From NCBI GenBank assembly GCA_039621445.1, contig CP154954.1:20012642-20076641 (forward strand): a stretch of 64,000 nucleotides of DNA, given 5' to 3'. A program made the position numbers and the translations under genes. The notes below the pieces were generated by a model. It was not told where the DNA came from, searched no databases, and saw nothing but the letters and a program-made list of their open reading frames with translations. Shown here piece by piece: positions 33,559-45,374 of the stretch; position 1 is the stretch's first letter, and each line of letters starts with the position of its first letter. The stretch comes from Euglena gracilis. Lineage: Eukaryota.

Positions 33559-36500
33559 GAGTACTCCCGGGAAGTCTGACCAGGGAGGAAGTGACCATGA
33601 TGGCGGAGCACAAGAGGGGGGTGAGATCCTGCTTTGTGTGCCGGCTGTTTTGTTGTTTTTGTGTTATTCTTGGCGGGGTGCTTCTTACTTCGACTTTGGT
33701 GCCGGAGTTGGCGATGATGTGCTCTCCGACACCGACTTGCCGAAGGTCAACCGCAGGGCTCCCCGGCCTGTGTGCAGGGGCGTTTTTGCCCCCCCCCCCC
33801 CTGGAGGAGGATGCTTTCCTTTTTTGGGTGGGTTGGGTGGGCTCACCCCCCTCTTGTGCTCCGCCCTCATGGTCACTCCCTCCCTGGTCAGACTTCCTGA
33901 GTGTACTCGACCATTCGGGCTTCGCACACTCTGGGGGTGAGACGTTGTGCACGACCCCCTTTTCAAATTTTCTCGTTGCGGAATCCACCGCTCCCAACCG
34001 TAAATAATGAGCTGAAAAGGCTGTGAAATTTTTCAACTGACCCAGTACACACCTCCTCACTGGACAGTCCCAATTTTTTGTGCATCAAAACCCCAGCCCC
34101 CTGTGCTGTGGGCTTTCCAGTGGGAAATTGGAATGTCAAAGGTTTCCAACAACTCCTTTGTCAAAGAGTTAATTCTGTTGGATGTCAAGGGCTTTTTGCC
34201 ATCCAAACTCCACAACAGGGGGCACCTTGGGGAATGAAAGATGTTCTTTTCACATATTCTCTCATCAAATGATATGGACTCAAAGATGGCAGTGAATCAA
34301 TCTTCAACACCTGCTCCCACTTTGGTGAAGGCCAACCCTTTCCCCATACCAAAATGAAAAACTTTTCCCCCACCACTGAAATGGTTCTTTGGGTTCTTGC
34401 GAGGTCTACCCCGCTGTGAAGAGCCAAAAGTCTGAAGGACAGAATGATTATCCACCTCAGCTCCATAAGGGACATGTCAGAAACCATTTCAGTGCTCTGC
34501 AATTTTCTCAAAATGGGTAATGGGTCCCAAAAGGCAGCATACCTCTGAACTGACCGATTCCATTCCTTTTTCACTTTTGTAAGTAAAGGGTGAAATCGAA
34601 TGGACTCCAACCCAGGTAAATATTGCAGGGACATATGCACATCGAGCATCAGCCTGTGAAAGTTTGTGTAGGTCCAACGGGGCAGTGGCCAGCTCCATCC
34701 TGGAGACTTGCAAGGGCTCCAATCCTTTCTGTTGCAAACTAACAAACAGTTTTCTGAAGACACTGTCATAACGCTTCAGGGTTCCCAAAGTCCTCAGGAC
34801 ATTTTCAATGTCTTGATGTGGCACCTTTTGCTGTTCCAAAAGGAACCTGATACCACTGTGCAAGCCAGGGACCAATTTGGTCTTGGCATTGATTGCCCCC
34901 AACAATTCTTGAACATTCCCTCCCTGGGGGGTATGACCAACATTCGTGTCCCTGGTTTTGACATTTTGATTAATAGGGGCCCCGTGGACTCGAAACCCAC
35001 ATGGGTGTCACCAAAAGGCATTTCACCGGCTTGTTCAGTCTCAGCCTGATGAGCCAAGGAAAAATCACTTTCCAGGGGTGGGTTGGCACAAACATCTCTG
35101 ACTGAATCCAGATCGCATTTCAATGCATCCACCAGAGAAGCTTAGTGGTGGGGCCATCTGGCCACAAATTTTTGGAATTTTGCATTTCCTGGAGATGCAA
35201 ACATGTCTGTGTCTGGAGCAATGTCGGTTCTGAAAAACTGCAGAATTTGGGTGAACAGGTTTGGGCACAGGGTAAAATCTCCCTTGTCCTGATCCCACCT
35301 TGTGAGTGCGTCTGCCAACATTTCTGCTGAAGGAACCCACTGGACCTGCAGTTGAACTTGGTTTTCCGAACACCAATGAAATAGAGGTTCCAAAACCTGA
35401 TTGAGGTGCTCATTTCTTCCCCCCCCACTTGGTCAGATAACTTAGTGCCACTTGACTGTTCTCGTTTAACAGCACAGTTTCACCAGGCTGGGTAAAGGGT
35501 TTTACTGTCTGTACTGCTGCCATCAGCTCTTTCACATTTATATGTAAACAATTTTTCTCCCTCCAAAATTCTTGGATTATTTGATTTTGGCAGGAGTCCA
35601 CCCCCCATGCCCATGTGTAGGAGTCTGAATGGAGCACCATTTTTGCCAGTTGTAGGAAAGGTCTGCCCAGACCAGGTTGCAGGGATGTCTTTAGGACTTT
35701 GATTTCCCCATTCAGGCTTTCTGGTATGTCGATGCAAAAATCCCAGCCCTTTTCCTGATGCAGCTGGCTGAACTTTAAGAGCTCCTGGGTTACCAATCTC
35801 AGAAATGGAAGAGCAGGGAGGTAACTTCTGATTTGTCCCAGAATGCTGGAAATCTTTCTGCAACTCAGTTTCTGGGCCAGAACCACCGTGCCCACTTCCT
35901 TTCTGTGGTTTTTAATTTGTGGGGGGGCACCTCCAGCTGATCTTTTTCCAGATTGATGATGAACCCCAAATGTTGCAGCCTTTGGGTGGGAGTAAACACA
36001 GATTTTTTCTCGCTGACTTTGAACCCAGCCTCCCCTAATGTGTTCAGCATTGTCAACAAATGTTTTTTCGCCAAATTTTCTGTTGAACAAAACAGAATGA
36101 TGTCGTCCAAATAGACGAACACCTGCAATCCCTTTGATCGCCACAGTTTTGGCAGGACTTTCATGGGGACATGAACAATTTTGGGAGGGTGCTTAGGCCA
36201 AAACATGCCCCCTGAAACTCCCACAGGTCTGGTCCCACCTGAATTCTGACAATTTTTTTGAAATCTTTTTCCAGACCCAGACGAAAGTAGGCATCTTTCA
36301 AGCCCATTTTGACTGCCCAATCCCCTTTTTTCAGGGTGGGGAAAATGGTGGACATGTTTTCCAAAGTGAACTTTTCTGGACAGCAAAATTGACTTAGATC
36401 TCGACAATCTGTGATAAGTCGATGCTTGACCCCCTCCCTTTCTGATTTGGACAACACAAACCAAGGTACTAGGTGAGCAGTGTCTGTGGCCGTTTCCAAT

Positions 36501-38226
36501 TTTTTGGTTGCCACACTTTCTTGGTACTCCCTGGGGTAGAGGGTGGTCTGGCTGCACACCATTTTAAATTAGTGAGACTACCCACTGGCTTGCATTTTTC
36601 TGCCACCATGGCAGACATTTTCTCAGTCTCTGAAACAGTGGTAACCCCAGCCATGCCCTTTTTCTGAAATCCAACCCTTGAAGGATACCTTTCTCCCATT
36701 CCTCTGCGGGAGACTGGTGTGGGCCAGGTTCCTGGTTCCAGGAGCCCTTGCCAGACTGGTGATGGCATCTGGGCAGGGGTCAGCAGGTGGATTACCCCCT
36801 CCTTGGAGATCAGCTGGGGGATCTCTCCCCCACTTCATCTTTGTTCTGGCTTGCCCATCATGGGCACCAGGGGCCTGTAAGCCCTGACTCCTTCTGTGCT
36901 TGGCTTTGTTGGTTTCACCCCCTCTTGGGGTCTTTGATTCTTCAGGCCTTCCCCTTGCCTTTCCCGAGGAAAATGGTGGGGAGACAGCGGATTACAGAGA
37001 TGATTCAGACCCTTTGGACCACCCTGGTCTCCACTGGCTGCCATAGCCCTTTCCTCTCCCAGACTTGAATTGGCTGCCATAGCCTTTGCCTTTGCCAAAC
37101 TTGAACTAAAATCCTTTGTTCCCTGTGGGAATGGGAAAATGAGACATAGAATGTCTGGAGAAGGCTGGTGCCAAGCCTGCTTGATTCAGAGCCCATTGGG
37201 CTTGGTCAACTGCCAAATCTTCCTTGGAGAACAGCCCGTTGTTTGCACTTGGGATTGCCCCTGGAGTGCTGCACTTCTTCCTCTCCTTCAGCAGCGTCTG
37301 CTCCAGCTCTGCTACAGCAAAAAACAGTTGTTGTGCTAATATTTGATAATCTGCTTCCACACTGCCATGAAGGCATGCCACCATCCTCTCCAGGTGCAAC
37401 ATCTTTTTCTGCCATGCCTTCAGCTGCTTTTCCCAGGCCCCTTTTCCATCTGAACCATAATTATTATCTTCCGCTCTTACTTTTATCCCCTGATTCCTTG
37501 GTAGCTCCCCCAGCACCATTTTCCACGGTAGTCGATCTCCTTTTTCGGCGTGCCGAAGGCACGCTGCCAGCTCTGGCGCCGGCGCCAGTTCCTCCTGCCA
37601 GGGGAGCCGTTCGTCCGCCTCGTCGTTGTCGTTGTACTCCTCGTCTTTTCCGTCCTCCTCCGTCGCGGACCGCTCCGCTCTATGCGTCATCCCCTTGTCT
37701 TTCTTCGAACTCTTCTCCAGCCAACTTCAACGCTCAGCCAACTTTAACGCCACGTCCGCTGCTGTCTGCCCCAAGTCGATCAGTGGTACTTCCACACTCC
37801 CTGCTAATGCCACCGAGTACAAGAACGAATTCCTGTAGTCTCCGACTTGGCTGGAGACCATCGCCACCTGTGTCAGCTCGTGGACCTTCTTTGCACGCTT
37901 CGTAGTGTGCCCTCCGCCGCCAAGCCAGTTTTGCCCGGACGCGATGACGGCGACGAGGGATTCCGGGGACGATTCTGCCAATAGTTTCGCCATGTTGCCC
38001 TCGTTGAAGAATAGCTCTCCCCACGAATTGTTGAATATGACTTCATCCTCGGATGTCAATTTCTCTGCGTACGTTGCCATCTGATGTTGTCGAAGGACGT
38101 TAATATCCGCCAACTCCGGCACCAAAAAGCAGTACGAAGCACCCCGCCAAAAAACAACACAAACAACAGGACAGCCGGCACACAAAGCAGGATCTCACCC
38201 CCAGAGTGTGCGAAGCCCGAATATTC
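33559..38226 (-). mobile_element. DIRS family C, full length, degenerate (element 4)
   Basis: Termini, ICR ~33842-33941, gag ~37100-38100, pol ~34800-36600, YR ~33700-34890; inverted homolog of element 3. Confidence 0.92.
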
Positions 38227-40080
38227 ATTCAAAGCAAGGGGGGACCCTCAGAGGGGTCATTTTTTTCCAGTTCGGGGGGCCCCCGGACCCCCCCCCCTGG
38301 GGGGAGGGGTCTAGCTAGTCCATTTTTTCCAGTGTCCAGCCGATTGGCTGACCAGTACCCCCCCGGGGTCCTTAAGCAAATGCCTGTCTGGGGTTTCTTT
38401 CTGGGGGGGGGGGCCAGCGAGAAACCAGATACAAGAACCAGAAACAAGAAGGTTTTTAATAGGTTTTGGGCGATTTTGTTCCAAAAATTCCCAAAAATGG
38501 TATTTTTGGGGGTTTAAAAAAAATTTCGGCGCTTCGCGCCGGACACCGGAAAAAAATTTCCACTAGCTCCCCGGGGGGGGTCTGCTAGAAATCCCACAAG
38601 CCAAATTTGGACTAGCTGCAGTCCAGCCCCCCGGGGGGGGTACTGCAACCCCTTAAGCACATGCCTGACCCAAGCAGCGCCCCCCAGCTCCTCAAGGTGC
38701 GCACTGACACTTTGTTGACCAAAAAAATGATCAAAAAAGTGACAAAATAAAAAGTCCCCTCCACCCCTCAGACACAAAATTTTATCCCCCAACACCCAAA
38801 ATTTTATCTCCCGAAAAAGGGGGGAACCGCATTTTTTCTGGTTTTTTTTGCATTTTTCCTTTTTGGCGAAATCGCTCTTCTGTGTTTTTTTCCCCAATGA
38901 TTTTTGAATCTCTTGCTGGAAAAATTTAGACTGAGAAAAATTCTGTCTTCTGACCCCTATTTCAACAGGCTAACTACCATCTATCCCCGACCGCATGCCT
39001 GCAAAGCAAAAACAAAACCGCAGCACCCACTCACATCAAAGCCAATCCAGGATGACAAACAGACTGCAATGACAGAATTTTGGAAGGGCGGGTGAGCCCA
39101 TCACTGCGCAGTCAGACACGTCAGCAGGAGCCAAGCCCGAGCGACTTGTCTACAGCAGAAGGATGGCAGCCTCTGTCGTGTGTTTTGGTTCCCAAAAAAC
39201 TCCGCTTCAGAGAAGGTAGAAGGGGGTGTTCCCTTTTCTAACATATTTTTTGAACCCTCCCAACGAGTTTTTTTTTTTAGCACCGGGCGCTCCGGACCAA
39301 CCACCACTGGCGCATCAACACCCACCCCCGAGGGGGGGCCACCCAAGAGGGGGGGGCCACCCAAGAGGGGGGGGGGCTTGGGGGATCCACTTTTGGGGGT
39401 TTCAATTTGGGGTCCAATTTTTAGGCACTTTCCACCAAAAATAGCCCCCCCCCCCCCTCCCGGGGCAGCCACTCTGCCCCCCTCTGGGGGGAGGGCAGAT
39501 CCACGCACCTCCGACCCCCCAGGTTTTGGGGTGGGCAGTGCTATGCCACATCCCCCGGCGGAGGTGGAAAAATGGCCAAAAAGGGTATTTTTAGGCACCG
39601 GGACCCAAAATTGACCCCCCCTTGGAGGGGGATGAGGCTGTTATGGGCAGGCACCCATGACAAGGCCCCCCGGTTGGTAAAAAGAATCCCATTTGTGTTG
39701 GAGTTTTTTTTTTTTTCGACTTTCCTTCAAAAGAAGCCGCACACCAAACAACCTGCCCACTCGAAACGCATGTGTTAACCTAATGTCAATGATTTGTTTG
39801 TAGATAAGGCAATAATGTGCAAACAATCAGAGGCCGGCATCGCCACAGAAACAAAGACCACAGAGGCAGAAAAAGCAACTGGTGCAGCCAAGGAATGCCA
39901 GCCATACAGGGGTTCAGCACTGCACCATTTCCAAACAAAAACGAACGAAAACAACGACGATGGGGCGGGGGGGAACCACCTCCAATTACCGACCACCCCA
40001 CAGTCAGGGGTTGAAGGGGACCAAGGAAAAATAGGGGTTTTTTGGCACCCCCCCCCCGGTCAGGGGTTGCAGGTCAGGCC

Positions 40081-40236
40081 CAGGGGTTTTTTTAAGACTG
40101 GGCACCCCCCACCCACCCCCCCCCTGGGGGGGGGGGTCCCGGGGGACCCACAAAAAAACGGGGGGGGGGCTCGGCCGGACCCACCCACCCTCCCCCCCCC
40201 TCCCCCCCGGGGGGTCCACGACTAAAAAAACCCCTG
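40081..40236. mobile_element. hAT-like MITE
   Basis: CAGGGGTTTTTT...AAAAAACCCCTG; perfect TSD GTCAGGCC. Confidence 0.9.
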
Positions 40237-40533
40237 GTCAGGCCCCCAGCTTTGGGGGGGTTGGACCAGGAGGCACCCAAAAGAAAACTCCGAAGGCGCC
40301 GAAGGAAAAATTTGACCTCAACATCGGCAACATCGGCGACCCCGGAAATACGGGAAAGCCTGGTGGGGGGGGGGGTCAGACCCCCCGACTACCACCCATA
40401 GGGTTGCAGGGATTCCCGTACAGCCCTCCCTTGTCGGGGTTGTCGGACCCAAACAAGAAATGCAAATTGCCAAGCCGGCCAAGGGGAAAGGAAGTGAAAG
40501 TTTCTCAACCCAGTTGGCGAAAAGACTGCCCAT

Positions 40534-40910
40534 CAGGCTTTTGCTTAAGGACCCCGGCGGGGGGGGGGGGGTACTGGCTAGCCAATCGGCTGGACACTGG
40601 AAAAAATGGACTAGCTAGACCCCTCCCCCCCCGGGGGGGGGGGTCTCGGGGGTCCCCCCAACTGGAAAAAAAATTTCTGCGCGCCGAGGTGGAAATGAGG
40701 TTTTTAATAGGTTTTTGGCTGATCTTGTTCCAAAAATTCCCAAAAATGGCCAAAAACGGGCATTTTTGGCCATTTTTGGGGGTCCCAAGAAAAATTCCGG
40801 CACTTCACGCCGGTCACTGGAAAAAAAATTTCCACTAGCTAGCTAGCTAGCTAGCCCTGCCAGCAGACCCCCTGGGGGGGGGGGACTGCAATCCCTTAAG
40901 CAGAACCCTG
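40534..40910. mobile_element. hAT-like MITE
   Basis: CAGGCTTTTGCTTAAGG...CCTTAAGCAGAACCCTG; perfect TSD CTGCCCAT; relatives at ~3600-3767, ~38260-38670, ~45790 and ~51400-51620. Confidence 0.9.
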
Positions 40911-41978
40911 CTGCCCATAGCTTCAGTTTGCAATCGGAATGTGGTTTTCAACATGTCACTCATTTTGAAATCATCCAAAGGTTGCCGGTGGAAAGGAAAA
41001 GAATGTTCTCATGTTGCCCATAAAGGTCTATGCATTTTGCAAATGTGAAGAACCAGGAGGATGGGGCTAATCATGTTGCTGCCGTTGGAATGTTGAATCG
41101 AATGCAAACTTTGTCCAGAAGTTGCAATTTGTGTATCCCCCGGGACAATCTTGCAGGGCTAGCACGTGGAAAAAATTTTCCTGTGACCAGCGCGAAGCAC
41201 CGAAATATTAAAAAAAAAAAATAAGGTAAAAGATAAAATTTCAGGACCCAAAACTGGCCAAAAATGCCCATTTTTGGCCCATTTTGGAACTTTTTTGGAA
41301 CAAAGTTAGCAAAATTTCCAATTGGGGGGGGGGGCAAACCTGGGGGGGGAGAAAATTTCTCAGACTGCAGAAATAAGCATTTTGTTAACCAAAAAGTGCC
41401 AAAAATGCCAAAATATTGACAAGATTTTTTGTCTCGGGGGGGAAAGAGGGCCAAAACGAGGAATATCAAAATATCCTCATCAAAATATTTATCCAGGAAA
41501 AAAACTCAAAAAAACACAAAAAACACAAATTTTGTCAAATTGAAAAACGAAAAAAAACGCGGTCGTTAGACAAGAGGGGTGGACCCCAGGCAGTCTTCTT
41601 TGACCCCCCCCATGCCCATTGACCAGACTGGGATCGGGAGAGTCTCCGACGTGTGACTTGGGGCTGCCACTCGATGTGTCGTTCTCCCTCTCCACAGTGT
41701 CGTTCTCTTTCTCTCGCGAAGCACAGAAAGAAGACAAAAACACTTGCTTTATGACTTGCGAGGAGAAAACATACAACAAACAAATTTTTTGGATGGAAAA
41801 TTTTTAAAAAAAACTTGCCGATGCACACCGATGCACAAGCCCTTTGATTTTGAGAAAGATGAGGAGAAAAGCAATGCCGAAATCTGGAAAATGCCCCCAC
41901 CTATTAACTCAAATGCCTCAAAAATGTTTGGAGATGATACCTCCCCCCGTCTAAGGATCAGAAAAGATGGGTAAGAAC

Positions 41979-42251
41979 CAGGCTTCTTTTTAAGACCCCC
42001 GGGGGGGGGGGGAGGGGGAGGGTCCCCCCACCCACCCAGGGTGGCGCGGGCCCCCCCCCCCGGGGGGGCGGGGACCCCCCCCCAAAATCGGGCCCGTTAA
42101 AAGCAATTTTCAAAATTTTTCGGCGCTTTGCGCCGAAAAGGTATACCCAGCGCCTCCGGCGCGGGACCCCCCCCCCGGGGGGGGGTCCGGCCCGGACCCA
42201 CCAACCCCCCCTCCCCCCAGGGGGGAGTCTGCTGACTCAAAAAGAAGCCTG
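41979..42251. mobile_element. hAT-like MITE
   Basis: CAGGCTTCTTTT...AAAAGAAGCCTG; perfect TSD GTAAGAAC. Confidence 0.9.
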
Positions 42252-43466
42252 GTAAGAACAAGGGGGTGGTGCTTAATTTGCCAAAACATGGGTAAGAAAC
42301 AGCGGGGGGGGGGGTGCTTAGACAAAGGGGAAAATGATTTGGCTCCCAAGAAAAATCCGTCACTTTGCGCCAAAGAAAAATCCACCTTATTTTGGATACC
42401 GGGGGGGAAAAAATCTGACCGGGAACAATTGCCGACGAGAAAAAATTCTGCCGGGAAAAATATTGGACGAATCCTTAAAATGCCGGGAAAAATCCTGAAC
42501 GCTCGCTGAAACCAGGTGGGAAAAAATATTGGACAGCTAAAAAAAAAACCGCAAAGGTTTTTCGCCGACCAGAATGAGAAAGCATGGCTGCGCTTGGTAA
42601 AAACCAAAAAAAAGTACATTCCGCTGGGGTAGTAAAACCGCCGTGTTGACAGACACGAAACGGTTTCTTGTGCACAACTTATACACAGGGTCTCTTTGGG
42701 GCGGAGTGCAACACCGATTCCCCAGAGGAAGAAATATTCCTGTTGCAAATCGGCACGCAGCGCCGAAGATTTTTTTGGGGGGGTCATTCACTGGAGGAAA
42801 TTGGACTTTCCTTAAATCTGCCGGGAAAAATCCTGGACGGATCCTTAAAAAGGTGGGAAAAATCCTGGACAAAATTTCGTCCAGAATTTTTCCCACAACA
42901 TTTTTTCCCGCACAAGTTTCCCCCCCCCCCCGGTATACAGTGTATAGGCATGTGTCCAGGAATGTACAGGCATTTATCTGTGGTGACCCCTGACATGCAA
43001 CCCCTGACCAGGGGGTGGTCGTATTGGTCGTATTCCCAAATGCCAAAAAAATCCGACTTTCCAAGGCCACCAACAACCCCTGACCACGAGGGGGGGGGGT
43101 CGTGCACACCCCCTGACGTGCAACCCCCGAATGGGTGGCAGTCGGGGAACACAGGTGGTCGGGGGCAAGTGGTGGGGGCGGGTGACGTAATGCCATCCTA
43201 TCCTTCAAAATCTGCTGGTGATGGAGCAGTGCAAGGACGTTGTGCTGATTGGCAAACCGCATCAAACCACCGTCATCGGCAACGGTGCGGGCAGCCGATG
43301 CGACGTGGCAAAGCCCTCAGACGCATCGGTCCATGCGCTGCATCATACGCATCGCAAGCCAACCAAGGCAGTGCCATACGTTGCCGGTAAACCCAGCCAG
43401 GGCTGCCGAGATGAACAACAGTCCTAAATGCACACTCCTCTATCGCAACAGTGAATGGGTTTGCAG

Positions 43467-43642
43467 CAGGGGTTTTTTAAGGCCGGGGGGAGGGGGTTCC
43501 CCCCCCCCACCCACCCACCCCCTGGGGGTCCCGGGGGGACCCACAAAAAATCGCGAAAAGTGCTGAAATAGTATATCCCAACAGACCCACCCACCCTGCC
43601 CCCCCTCCCCCCCCCGGGGGTCCACGACTAAAAAGATCCCTG
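43467..43642. mobile_element. hAT-like MITE
   Basis: CAGGGGTTTTTTAA...TAAAAAGATCCCTG; perfect TSD GTTTGCAG. Confidence 0.9.
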
Positions 43643-44609
43643 GTTTGCAGCCTCCCATGCAATTATACCCAGCCTATTTGTTTTGGGCAGCACCTCCCCT
43701 CCTTGTGGCCGCCAAGAGCGGAAAATCCCCTGAGAAAAATGTTTCTTTGGTGTATACTTTCCTCATCCACTTCTGCCATTGACAAGGCAGTGATTGGAAA
43801 AGGTAAAAAACCTGCAAGGTCTTGGTCTGGATCATTTTGAGGTGCTTCTACCAACTTTGAACAATTGTGAATTGCTGGCCAGAATCCCACTTAGGAATTC
43901 ACTTGACTTTACGCTAAAGAATTGAGAAACCCCACTGGGAGATTCTGGTTTGCCTCCCCTGTGACAAAAGAGCAGCAATCACCCCCCAAAAAAGTCCCCC
44001 CCAAAAAAACCCCTGGGCCAATCGAGCAAAATTCCAAAAATAAGACCCCCCATGAATATTTCGCCCCCCCCCCTCCTGACAGGTGAAACGTTTGCCCGAA
44101 AAATTACCAAAAACCTCAATTTCATGCACAAAATTATGAAGTTTTAAAATTGTCAGATTTTTGAAGTGCAAAAAAGCATAGGAAGTTTCAACATGTATCA
44201 ATTTACAAATGGCGCGAAGCGCTGGTGGAAAAATTTTACTGATTTGGGGAACTTCATAAAAGATGCTTTTTTTTTCATGTCCGGGTCTGTCAAGAAAAAA
44301 ATCAGAAATAAACCCCCCCAAAAATAAGACCCTGGAGGTTTCCAGCAACGGACCCCAAAACAAGCTGTGAGCAATTCCAATCTTTCATTTGGGGTGATAT
44401 TTTCCTTTAAAAAACCATGCAATGGAAAAATGCCAGTCAACAAAGACGGAGGCAGGGGGGCAGGTTCCCAATGAGTCCGAGCCAGAGGGGAAAAATCGAC
44501 ATTTATTGACCCAACAGCGACACAAGAGTCAAAACTTTCCTTGTATTTATCAGAAGCCAGGATGCTTTACAATTTGTCCCACCGTGGAAAATGAATCATT
44601 GAAAAAAAA

Positions 44610-45330
44610 TTCAAAATTTTCCGAAGAATGATTGAAAGGCAGGGTAGTAGGTAGGAGATCGTTTCCCAGAGCAGGTCAGCAAGTGCAAAGCATGGAGGAC
44701 ACGCGGGGAGGACATTGCGCGGTGTTCAAACCCTGGCCCAAAAAAAAATATGTCTGTGCAGCCCTGCACACCACCAACACTGCCAGCATCACCCCAAATG
44801 GAACGTACCAGGAGGTGGACAGCCGCCACCCCCAGGCAATGCCGTTTGCCAATGCCAAGGGGCACTCTATTGGGTCACGTCACCTCTTCCAAAAACCACT
44901 CAACTCCAGGGTTCAATGTGAGGGCAGGTGGGGGTCCTGGACCCCCCCCCTCTCTCAGGAGGGGTGACCACCACCCTCCCCCGAACACCCTCCTTACCCC
45001 GAACCCGACTCCTGTGGTGGAATGAGGGGAGAAAGGGCAGGGAATTTCTGAAAGAAAAATTCAAATTTTCCGAGAATGAGTTGAAAGGCAGGGTAGTGGT
45101 AGAGATCGTTCCCAGAGCAGGTCAGCAAGTGCCAAAGCATGGGAAAGCGGGGGAGACATTGCGCGGGTTTGTTCAAAACCCGGGCCCAAAAAAAATATGT
45201 CTGTGCAGCCCGCACCCCACCAACAACACTGCCAGACACCCCAAATGGAACGTACCAGGAGTGGACAGCCGCCACCCCCCAGGGGCATGCCGTTTGCCAA
45301 TGCCAAGGGGCACTCTATTGGGTCACGTCA
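44610..45330. repeat. Diverged direct duplication of ~270 bp (44610-44883 and 45060-45332)
   Basis: Colinear sequence from TTCAAAATTTTCCGA to GGGTCACGTCAC. Confidence 0.85.
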
Positions 45331-45374
45331 CTACAGCGCAATCCTAGCGGTGGGGGGGGGGGCAGTGCCTGCCC

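Larger units (their letters stand above)
32232..38258 (+). mobile_element. DIRS family A-like 5' fragment (element 5): left ITR plus gag, interrupted twice, truncated at 3' end
   Basis: Left terminus resembles 15568-15710; gag homologous to element 1; the sequence resumes at 38227 after element 4. Confidence 0.85.

Noticed and set aside
43675-43777. Candidate last exon of the minus-strand coiled-coil gene (RQKWMRKVYTKE...QNK*)
   Set aside because: In frame with a weak stem only; not enough support without transcripts
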